From positions 10,830 to 74,829 of the IMG/VR virus record IMGVR_UViG_3300025078_000002: a stretch of 64,000 nucleotides of DNA; one strand, written 5' to 3'. The notes under the pieces were generated by a model. That model was given only the letters and a program-made list of their open reading frames with translations, had not been told where the DNA came from and made no database searches. The translations under genes were made by a program, and so were the position numbers. The DNA is from a virus (Duplodnaviria; Caudoviricetes). Positions within the stretch are counted from its first letter, which is position 1, and every line of letters begins with the position of its first letter. Below are positions 43,794-52,105 of this stretch, in pieces.

Positions 43794-45516
43794 TTTACTT
43801 CTTTTAATACTATTTAATTGTTGTTCTAACATTTCAAACAAAGAGTTAGTAACAATTAAATCTGTTAATGATCAAGTTACTTCTGGCGAAATGATTAAAT
43901 TTGACATTGAATCAGAAGTAGTTATTGACCAAGTTAAAAGCTTTCTAGTAGGAAGTGATGGTGTAACTTATGAAACATATAACGGAGTTTTAGAAAATAA
44001 TCAATTTACTATAAATAGATTTTTAAATACTAATATACCTTACGGACAAAACTATAATCTACGTTTTGTTTTAGATACAGAAAATAATCAATATATTAGA
44101 ACTATGCCAGTTAACATTGATGCTTCAGTTATTGTCGATTCATTTTGTGCTAGCGAAAACTGTCAAGTGTTATCAAGCAACGTTGTAGAAGGAATAAAAA
44201 ACAAACTTACAATTGGGTTTTACAATATTTTACCTGTAAAGATAAAGTATGTGGTAACTACTCCCGATGATAACTTTCAAATATTACACGAGTTTAACTC
44301 TCCAGTTCAAGAAGACTGGGTTGAAAACTTAATGTTTAACAAAGTGAAAGAAGAGTATTCATCTTATATTTCTAAAATAGAGATATTTGCTTATGACGCA
44401 GATAATAATGAAGCAAAAACTGAGTTGCCTTTTAGAGTAGTTAGACCTATTGAAGTAAAACATTTTGGTAACTATGAATTAGCTGAGTTTTATGAACCAA
44501 TTCCAGTCACTGGGTGTATACCCGGATCAGTTGGCAATAACGTGCAATATTCAGAATCACAAACTGAGACACGTCAAAATAGTGTTTCTATTGGATTCAA
44601 TAAAAGCTGGAGTGACAGTAATACAACAAATCTAAATACAACAATGTCTGAAGGCATTTCTGTAAATCAAACAGACTCAACTGTCAATACATCTTCATTG
44701 TCTGAATCCGAAACTCAGTCAGAAGGTTTTACAGATACATCATCGCAAGGAGAAAGCAACAATATACAGTTTAATACTACAGACGGTGAAAACTGGTCTT
44801 GGTCTTTAGGCGAGGGTGATTCTCAAACTTCTGGGACTTCGCAAGGTGAAAATACTAATACTAGCGTAAATGGTTCAACAACAGTTGGTGTAAGCGGTGA
44901 AGGTTCATTGCCTTTCTTAGCTAAAGCCAGTGGTAAGGTTGAAGTTAGTGCAGGAATACAAAGAGGATGGGGAAATACAAACACTAGTTCTGAATCTTCT
45001 ACATCTAGCACAAATAGAGGATATACTTCAGGCGGATCTTCGCAAAATGGACGTTCGTTTGGGAGTACCCAGAATGATTCTAGAAGCTACTCGTTAAACG
45101 GCGCATATGTTTTATCTAGTTCTACGTCAAACGCAATTTCTGAATCATCCTCGTTATCTTCAGGCAGGGTATGGAATATGTCTGAGTCTATTAGTAGCGG
45201 TAAAGTAATAACAGAAGGTAATAGCGAAAGTTTATCACAGACAATAGTTACATCAGAAAGTAGTAGTACTACGTTTAGTTATAGCGGTTATATTCCAAGA
45301 GGAAGATTTGGAACGTTTTTTAGACAAACTAGCAGGTATGTAAAATTATCAGAAATTATTACCTATACTTTAGACGGATACCCGCAGCACGCGGGTTACG
45401 TTATGATGAATACTTGGGCTTGGGCACCAGATTTATCAATCGGTTCATCGTGCGAAGAAGCAGGTATTTCTAGTCTACCTGCAAGTGAATGCTTAATACC
45501 TCCTTGCGGCGAATAG
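43774..45516 (+). CDS. Predicted lipoprotein with Ser/Thr-rich aerolysin/ETX-MTX2-like C-terminal region
   Basis: MKKIIASLLLLILFNC signal; alternating S/T tracts flanking GVSGEGSLPFLAKASGKVEVSAG. Confidence 0.6.
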   Translation: MKKIIASLLLLILFNCCSNISNKELVTIKSVNDQVTSGEMIKFDIESEVVIDQVKSFLVGSDGVTYETYNGVLENNQFTINRFLNTNIPYGQNYNLRFVLDTENNQYIRTMPVNIDASVIVDSFCASENCQVLSSNVVEGIKNKLTIGFYNILPVKIKYVVTTPDDNFQILHEFNSPVQEDWVENLMFNKVKEEYSSYISKIEIFAYDADNNEAKTELPFRVVRPIEVKHFGNYELAEFYEPIPVTGCIPGSVGNNVQYSESQTETRQNSVSIGFNKSWSDSNTTNLNTTMSEGISVNQTDSTVNTSSLSESETQSEGFTDTSSQGESNNIQFNTTDGENWSWSLGEGDSQTSGTSQGENTNTSVNGSTTVGVSGEGSLPFLAKASGKVEVSAGIQRGWGNTNTSSESSTSSTNRGYTSGGSSQNGRSFGSTQNDSRSYSLNGAYVLSSSTSNAISESSSLSSGRVWNMSESISSGKVITEGNSESLSQTIVTSESSSTTFSYSGYIPRGRFGTFFRQTSRYVKLSEIITYTLDGYPQHAGYVMMNTWAWAPDLSIGSSCEEAGISSLPASECLIPPCGE

Positions 45517-45532
45517 TTATCTTAAAAGGAGG
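45499..45532 (+). promoter_or_regulatory. SD-sequestering hairpin with ATAGTTA in the loop
   Basis: CCTCCTT (45499-505) pairs with AAGGAGG (45526-532); ATAGTTA at 45513-45519. Confidence 0.6.
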
Positions 45533-45537
45533 CAAAA

Positions 45538-45741
45538 ATGAGTGAAAATATAATTATCCAAAAGATTTTATTGAGGTTGCTTAAAGAAAGCAAATATGCC
45601 GGCAGTCATCCTGAAGAGTCATATCAATATGGTTGGCCTGAGTTTGATGAAAAAGAATTTGACAATGATGGCATGACAACTTGGCACGAAGATAGAGCGT
45701 GGACAGAACAATATTTAAAAGATATGGGAATGTTAAAATGA
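45538..45741 (+). CDS. Small leader-bearing protein
   Basis: KILLRLLKES...YAGSHPEESY. Confidence 0.7.
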   Translation: MSENIIIQKILLRLLKESKYAGSHPEESYQYGWPEFDEKEFDNDGMTTWHEDRAWTEQYLKDMGMLK

Positions 45742-46379
45742 AATCTAAGATACTAGTAGAAAACTGGAAAAGCTTTCTTAACGAAGAAGATGTTATAAGA
45801 CCTAACGCTGAGTTAGAAAGAAAAGAGCCAGAAAGATTTACTTTTGGTTTAGTACCGATGTCTGCAAAGCCTTTTCATAAAGGTCATATGTTTTTAATTC
45901 AAAGGGCTTTGGAAAAATGCGATGAGGTAATTGTATACGTTTCTATTACTGATAGATCACGAAAAGGTGAAATAACTATTCATGGTGAAGATATGGAGTT
46001 TATATGGAAAAGTATTATAATAAAATATCTTCCTAAAAATGTAACATGTATATACGGCGGTTCTCCTGTAGGTAAAATATATGAACTTCTAGGAAACATT
46101 TCTGAACAAGGTATTTCAATTGAAGAAACATATGCAGTCTATACTGGTAAAGATGACGCAAAAAAATACCAAGAAAAATACTGGAGCAATATAAAAAACA
46201 ATGTCTGGATTAAATCGTTTGAAAGAGGCGACAGTTCACCAGACATAAGCGGAACATTAATGAGATCTTATTTATCAAATGCTTCGCAAGATAAGTTTTT
46301 ATTTTTAGACGGATTACCAGTCATGGAAGACGAAGACAAAGAAGAAATATTTAATATTTTATTCAGAAGATTAAATTAA
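45738..46379 (+). CDS. HIGH-motif nucleotidyltransferase (cytidylyltransferase/NMNAT-like) with leader
   Basis: KPFHKGH and ISGTLMR; start MKSKILVENWKSFLNEE. Confidence 0.8.
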   Translation: MKSKILVENWKSFLNEEDVIRPNAELERKEPERFTFGLVPMSAKPFHKGHMFLIQRALEKCDEVIVYVSITDRSRKGEITIHGEDMEFIWKSIIIKYLPKNVTCIYGGSPVGKIYELLGNISEQGISIEETYAVYTGKDDAKKYQEKYWSNIKNNVWIKSFERGDSSPDISGTLMRSYLSNASQDKFLFLDGLPVMEDEDKEEIFNILFRRLN

Positions 46380-48897
46380 AAATAGATTTCAAAGATCTTC
46401 TGTTTGACTCCTGTTGCATAAACTTTTGTTTAAAGGTTAGAAATATTCCTTTTGTATCTCTGTATGCTGCGCCTAAAATCTGATTCAACGGAGCAAACCC
46501 ACCGGTGACTTTTAACAGATCACCTTCGAAGTCATAAACTCCACCTTCGACTGAAGTTGATACTGCATTATGAATGCCAACTTCCTCAATTTTATTGTAA
46601 TGCTCTTTAAGCCTATTTACTTCTGCATCCCAATTACTTTCTGGAGTATTACTCATATATAATCTTAAATCTTCAATTGCAGTCTCTAATTTATCTCTTA
46701 GTCTGTCAATATTTGCTAAATCAGTTTCTGAATCCATATAAGCAGAAGGAACTCCGTCTAATAAATCTATTCCTAGATCAACAAACACTTCTTTGAAAGG
46801 CGACAAAATTCTTCTTACTTTAGCTGCTGCCTTATTAGCATTAGTTAGATCAATTGCTCTAAGTTTCTTTACATCTTCCGATTGCATTAGACTAGTAAAG
46901 TCTTTACTTTTAATTTTATTACCTGATCTATCTTTACCATAAAGCGCAAAGTCATATAAAATCTTTATAGCTTCATCACTAATATCAATACCTTCAGAAT
47001 CTAACTGCTTTTTAATTTGCTTTTCTACTCCATCACCAAGTAACTCAAAATCAGTTATCTCTAATTGATCAGCTATTTCCTTAACTCTTTTTATGTAACT
47101 TAGTATTTGTACGTTTGTAAGTTTATTAATATCAACTGTTCTATTAGATGCTAATGTATAGTCTGAAGATTCAATGCCTGGTTTCATAAGATTAATCAGC
47201 TTATCAAGTCTTTGACTGTTATTTGAAGAATAAACTGCTTCTCTACCGTCAATAAAATCAACAATGCTATGGAAAACAATAAAATTCTCTCCGTATTCTA
47301 ATTGATTTGGGTGGTCTTTGTGCATAATTTCAAAGTTTATAAACGATCTAGCTTCACCGTCTGGGTGGAATATATCTAGTATTTCTTGACTTCCAAATGC
47401 ACCTGCTGAAGACAACCATTGGTCTACACCTTTTTTAATAGCATTACCACCTGTAACAAAAGGTACCTCTGCTGGGTGATTAGTAAACTTTTCTACTAAA
47501 TCATTATGTGTCATGTCTACTTTGTTTCTAGCAAACATGAGCGTTCCATCTTGTTCAACTGTAAAGAATAAATTTTGTCCGTCAACCTTTTCTATAATCT
47601 TTTGTGAAGTGCTATATTCTTTTATTCTGTCTATGATTTGTCTTGGTGTCATATCTAATGCTTCATAAGGATGCATCATATGGCCTGCTAAACCACCTTC
47701 ACTAATTAGTTTTTTTTTAAATAAGTTAAGGTAAACTTCTTTTAAGACTTTGCCTTGAGGTTTATAACTAGCTAATTCTATTGCTTTATTTTCTATGTTT
47801 TCTATTGGCTCAACGTTTTGCTGTTCTAATTCTTCATTATTATTATTGACTTCTGTTTTATAGTTTATCAATGACTCTTTCCAGTTAGCGCCTCCAGTAT
47901 ATACTTTCCAAATAAAAGACAGTCTTTTTCCATTGAAAGTTTGAACTCTTAAGTTATCAATATCACTATAATTATCAGGTTTTATTGCTATAAACTCTCT
48001 TGCTGAAGCCGCTACTATAGCAATTATTCCTTGCGCGCCGTGTTCTTTTATGAGTGCACTTGATAATTCATCACATAACTTTATTAATTTTTCTATTTTT
48101 TCTATTTTTTTTGTTTTGTCATGTTCTTGCAAATGATATTTTACAACATTTATAAATCCTTCTGGATTAAGTGATGTTTTATTTTTAGTTTGATTTGCTT
48201 CTGAATGCTTATGAGTTAAAATATTTAAATAATCATCTTTATCTGCAATGACTGTAGTCATTTCTTTTAAGACGCTTTCAACAACAGGATCAATATTATC
48301 ACCAGTCCTGGCAGATCCTGCCTTTCTTTTTCCATCTTTGTCAATGCCAATAAAACTCTTTACAGAAAATTTTACTAATTCGTTTCCCTCGCCTAAAGCA
48401 ACAAAATCAGGTTCTTTGTGTAATCCATGATTGTATTCTACGTCTGGTGCACCTGGTACAAATGTTTTAAATGCAAGATTAATTGAAACTTCACCTCTGC
48501 CAACTTTTTTAGCTGCATTAGGTCTCCATTCTATAGTAGATGCAAAAAAGTCGTTAAGCCTTCTTACAACTTCATTAATGTCACTTGGACATTTTTTTCT
48601 AATAGCATGACCATGAAACTTTTTTGGATCTAATCGCGATGGTTTGTATAAATCATTCAAAAAGTGATAGATTTTAATTTTCGATTCAGAAGTAAACTGA
48701 GAAGCAACTTCTATAGCATTGTTTACTTTGCTTATATTTTGTCTTTCACTGTTAAGATTATATTTAGCTCCACTAATATTATCATTTTCTATTTCAACAT
48801 CAAAAATTTCTTCTTTGTAATTTGTTTCTTTTCTTCTAATAGAAACCAATTCTTCTCTAAGCAATTCTTTATATTCATTTTTAAGGCTATATTTCAT
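46363..48897 (-). CDS. Two-domain leader-bearing protein: PD-(D/E)xK-like N-half, ligase-type KxDG nucleotidyltransferase-like C-half
   Basis: GRGEV...EPDF...SVK; LISE|GGLAGHMMHPYE...EKVDGQN...FARNK. Confidence 0.6.
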   Translation of the reverse strand: MKYSLKNEYKELLREELVSIRRKETNYKEEIFDVEIENDNISGAKYNLNSERQNISKVNNAIEVASQFTSESKIKIYHFLNDLYKPSRLDPKKFHGHAIRKKCPSDINEVVRRLNDFFASTIEWRPNAAKKVGRGEVSINLAFKTFVPGAPDVEYNHGLHKEPDFVALGEGNELVKFSVKSFIGIDKDGKRKAGSARTGDNIDPVVESVLKEMTTVIADKDDYLNILTHKHSEANQTKNKTSLNPEGFINVVKYHLQEHDKTKKIEKIEKLIKLCDELSSALIKEHGAQGIIAIVAASAREFIAIKPDNYSDIDNLRVQTFNGKRLSFIWKVYTGGANWKESLINYKTEVNNNNEELEQQNVEPIENIENKAIELASYKPQGKVLKEVYLNLFKKKLISEGGLAGHMMHPYEALDMTPRQIIDRIKEYSTSQKIIEKVDGQNLFFTVEQDGTLMFARNKVDMTHNDLVEKFTNHPAEVPFVTGGNAIKKGVDQWLSSAGAFGSQEILDIFHPDGEARSFINFEIMHKDHPNQLEYGENFIVFHSIVDFIDGREAVYSSNNSQRLDKLINLMKPGIESSDYTLASNRTVDINKLTNVQILSYIKRVKEIADQLEITDFELLGDGVEKQIKKQLDSEGIDISDEAIKILYDFALYGKDRSGNKIKSKDFTSLMQSEDVKKLRAIDLTNANKAAAKVRRILSPFKEVFVDLGIDLLDGVPSAYMDSETDLANIDRLRDKLETAIEDLRLYMSNTPESNWDAEVNRLKEHYNKIEEVGIHNAVSTSVEGGVYDFEGDLLKVTGGFAPLNQILGAAYRDTKGIFLTFKQKFMQQESNRRSLKSIFNLIF

Positions 48898-49259
48898 CGT
48901 TTACCACCCCAGTATTCTTTGGCGAGACCTTCGTTTATTAATTGTTTATTATAACTATTTTCGAACTCAGGTTTATCTTTTTCTAAATCCCAAATCGTTC
49001 CAAGCCATCTACCGAACTTCCCACGCTTGGCTGTATGTAACAACACCTTCTTGCCAAGAATTCTCTCACGCAACCAATCACGTGTTGCTAAACCCTTTTC
49101 TTTCTCGTCTAAATCTTTAGTACGAACTTCAGGTGTATCAATACCCACAAGCCTTACTTTAATTCTCACAGATGTTTTAAAGCCGAGGTCAACTACGGCA
49201 GTCACTGAGTCCCCATCATAAACTTTTACAATATCAGCAATGTAATAATATGGTTTCAT
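48894..49259 (-). CDS. Staphylococcal nuclease (thermonuclease)-like protein
   Basis: VYDGDS, VRLVGIDTPE, GKFGRWLG, NKQLINEGLA. Confidence 0.88.
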   Translation of the reverse strand: MKPYYYIADIVKVYDGDSVTAVVDLGFKTSVRIKVRLVGIDTPEVRTKDLDEKEKGLATRDWLRERILGKKVLLHTAKRGKFGRWLGTIWDLEKDKPEFENSYNKQLINEGLAKEYWGGKR

Positions 49260-49345
49260 GTTTTACCTTTTTTATAATTAAACAAATATATAGTAAATAT
49301 ACAAGATAAATCGATTATACCGATGGCGCCAATAAAGGAATTTTC

Positions 49346-49936
49346 ATGAGTAAACTTTTAATAGAAGACTACATAAAAGAATTTGTTTCTTTTTTAAACG
49401 AGGATAGTGAGCAAGAAGAATACTCTTTGTCTGATCCTGGTGAATATTCTGATAGTGATCGACCTACTTTTGGCGACATTAAAGCTTTTGTAAACGTAGC
49501 AAAAATAACTAATGGTAAAACAATGAAGTTGGCAATTAGTTTTGCATCACATTTTGCAGGAGCTCAAGTAATTGGCAGCGCTTTAGACGCAGTAAATATA
49601 TCACACGACAAAATAGCTGATGATACGGTTGATGCAGTAGCTGGTGCATTAGAAAAAGTATTTGGTTTTAAACTGACTAGTTTTTCTCCCACAAAGATTC
49701 TTGCAAAAATGTACGGTGTAAATGATAAAAAAGGATTTGAATTAATACAAATACCTTCAGAAATTTCAAATTTAATTGACGACAAAATAGAGGTAAACTT
49801 TATTGATCATCTTTACAAGGTAATATTAAAAAAAGACAACAACGAAGAAATTCCAGATGATTTTGTTTTAAACACTTTGAAAGTATTCACTAAGGAAAAC
49901 AAAAAAACAAAAGGTCATTTTGTATCTAAATCATAA
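49346..49936 (+). CDS. Leader-bearing hypothetical protein
   Basis: LLIEDYIKEFVSFLNED. Confidence 0.7.
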   Translation: MSKLLIEDYIKEFVSFLNEDSEQEEYSLSDPGEYSDSDRPTFGDIKAFVNVAKITNGKTMKLAISFASHFAGAQVIGSALDAVNISHDKIADDTVDAVAGALEKVFGFKLTSFSPTKILAKMYGVNDKKGFELIQIPSEISNLIDDKIEVNFIDHLYKVILKKDNNEEIPDDFVLNTLKVFTKENKKTKGHFVSKS

Positions 49937-49944
49937 AGACTACG

Positions 49945-50030
49945 CCGCCAAGTATATTTCTTTTTTCCACCTGTTAAATGAGGATATCTGCCAGTTCTAC
50001 ACGCCCAATAACTTGCTGTTGTTTATCTTG
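49945..50030 (-). pseudogene. Orphan frameshifted 3' fragment (DK/TTASYWACRTGRYPHLTGGKKKYTW)
   Basis: Protein-like W/C/R-rich stretch with no start, in an otherwise empty intergenic gap. Confidence 0.3.
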
Positions 50031-50051
50031 ATTTTAATTCCTCAAAGAACT

Positions 50052-51815
50052 TTACGTAGCTATTCTAGCTAATTGTGCCACATCTTCAGCAAAATAAATA
50101 AACATATGAAGTAACATAGCAATATTTTGTGATTCTTTACTTTTAAATTCGTAATTAGAAGAGTAGTCCTGTAGTTTATCAAGAATTTTCATTATATTAT
50201 CATAACCATTCTTGTCTTTAATTCTATAAATGCTTTTATTACTATGCTTTGATAAAAATACTTGAATATAAGTAAGACTATCTTCAATTTTAACCATTTT
50301 AGGCATTTCGCTTTTTATTATTTCAAGCTGCTTTTTAATACTAGAATTTAAAAATTTTTCTTTAATACCAATGTCAAATACTATTAATTTATCTTTTCCA
50401 GCATACATGTTTAAATCAAAAATTTTGTTTGCTGAGTGAAACTTTAAAAATCTTACAAATTTTAAATTATTCTTAGTTAAATCTTTCCAAGCTTTTTCTC
50501 TTAGATCTTCTAGAGGATGTTCTAATTTAACATCATCAAAAAGAGATGATCCAAAAAGATTATTAAGTTGTGGGTTTTGTTCAAGAATGTTAACGATCTT
50601 ATTCATCGTAACACCTTTACTTGAAATAGAACTTGATTCGTGATCTGCAGAAAATAAATTATCAATAGAATTAATTTCTTTTGTGCTAAATATATTATTA
50701 AACGTTCCAATTAAAACGACTTTTTCTTTTTTAGATGAGTTTAAATAAACTGCTTGTATAGGTTCGTTAGAATGAAGAGTTCCAGAGCCTTTGTCGTTTA
50801 TAAAGTCTATATCAATAGAATTTAATAACATTGTAAAAATAGGACCTTGGCGTATTTCACTTTGCGGTTCATTTATTTTATTTACATCAAAAGCATTTGG
50901 ATCATCGGCTTCAAACGCAGGACCACTTGGATTATCTGTAATGATGTTTGAAAGCATGTAGCATACGAAATATAAGATATGAAAATCAGATTTTGCTTCC
51001 TTAGTTCTAGTTTTAAAAAACATATTTCTTTGTGAAAAAGATTCTATTTTAGTTAATTTAGTTAAATAATCTACAGATTCTATTAAAATATCGCTAGGTA
51101 TTCTATTATTATTATACTTGACTGATTCTGCTAAAAGTTTTGTTAGAAATAAAAATTCTTCATTAAACGGGTCTGGATGGGTGAGATTTGAAATCATTAA
51201 TCTTCTTTTTAATTTCTTTTTAATTTCTTTTAATTTGATATTAGAATCAGTACCAGTTAGATTTTGTTTTGATAACGTATTTTTTTCTCTTTCTAAAAGA
51301 CGAGCAGTATGATAAATTACAGAAGTGTGGACTATTGTTTTTAAGTCTTTTTCTAAATTACCACTATAATTATTGTTTCCACCAGACTGTATTTCTATAA
51401 AATTTAGAGAATTAGATTTTTTAAACATATGGAAATAAGGTCTATCAATCGCAAAACTTGCCCCTCCAATCCTACCTTTTTCAATAATATCTTTTAAAGA
51501 ATTTACATTGAGTGGATAAGCGTAATTTCCGTGAGGAGTTCCATATGATACGTTTGGACTTATTTCAAGTCTAGGAATGAATTCGTCATATTTATCAATA
51601 AAAGATATAAAGCAATTATCTCCAACATTTTCTAAGACTTTTAGAAGAGTTACTTCATTGTCTATATTTGTCATGTTTTCTCTATGAGTTGCAGATTGTT
51701 GATGCTGTGTCCTACCAGTAATGTTGCTGGCAGGATTAATTATTGCTGATGTTGCTTCTTGCAAGAATTCTTTTATATAACTTTTCAGTATAGATTTTTT
51801 AAGCGAATTATTCAT
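50052..51815 (-). CDS. Leader-bearing protein with YGTPHGNYAYP motif (possible ART-like domain)
   Basis: ILKSYIKEFLQEA leader; conserved-looking aromatic/Gly motif. Confidence 0.6.
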   Translation of the reverse strand: MNNSLKKSILKSYIKEFLQEATSAIINPASNITGRTQHQQSATHRENMTNIDNEVTLLKVLENVGDNCFISFIDKYDEFIPRLEISPNVSYGTPHGNYAYPLNVNSLKDIIEKGRIGGASFAIDRPYFHMFKKSNSLNFIEIQSGGNNNYSGNLEKDLKTIVHTSVIYHTARLLEREKNTLSKQNLTGTDSNIKLKEIKKKLKRRLMISNLTHPDPFNEEFLFLTKLLAESVKYNNNRIPSDILIESVDYLTKLTKIESFSQRNMFFKTRTKEAKSDFHILYFVCYMLSNIITDNPSGPAFEADDPNAFDVNKINEPQSEIRQGPIFTMLLNSIDIDFINDKGSGTLHSNEPIQAVYLNSSKKEKVVLIGTFNNIFSTKEINSIDNLFSADHESSSISSKGVTMNKIVNILEQNPQLNNLFGSSLFDDVKLEHPLEDLREKAWKDLTKNNLKFVRFLKFHSANKIFDLNMYAGKDKLIVFDIGIKEKFLNSSIKKQLEIIKSEMPKMVKIEDSLTYIQVFLSKHSNKSIYRIKDKNGYDNIMKILDKLQDYSSNYEFKSKESQNIAMLLHMFIYFAEDVAQLARIAT

Positions 51816-52096
51816 TTATACTTTCTCACATTAATTACTAGGTTTGTTCCGTTTTTATTAATTATTCGATGCCAGGTTTCTTTAGGTATTTTAAAAATAG
51901 ATTCTTTCTGCATTAACTGGGGTATCTCATTTTCTATTTGCAAATACCATCCGTCGCCTTCGACGACAAATACATCACGATCTTCTTCGTCCATATGCCA
52001 ATTTAATTCTTCTTCAATAAGAGTAGACATAAAATCACGCTGGATAAGCGTATACGTTTCTGTCTCTTCGATTGTCTTTTCTCTAAATGGCAGCAT
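51812..52096 (-). CDS. Small cupin-fold protein
   Basis: WHMDEEDR..VVEG.GW.LQ...IPKETWHRI. Confidence 0.7.
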   Translation of the reverse strand: MLPFREKTIEETETYTLIQRDFMSTLIEEELNWHMDEEDRDVFVVEGDGWYLQIENEIPQLMQKESIFKIPKETWHRIINKNGTNLVINVRKYK

Positions 52097-52105
52097 AATC
52101 TTCCT

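Noticed and set aside
46363-47700. Calling the KxDG domain a true DNA or RNA ligase
   Set aside because: Only motif I is clear; downstream ligase motifs and an OB domain could not be identified
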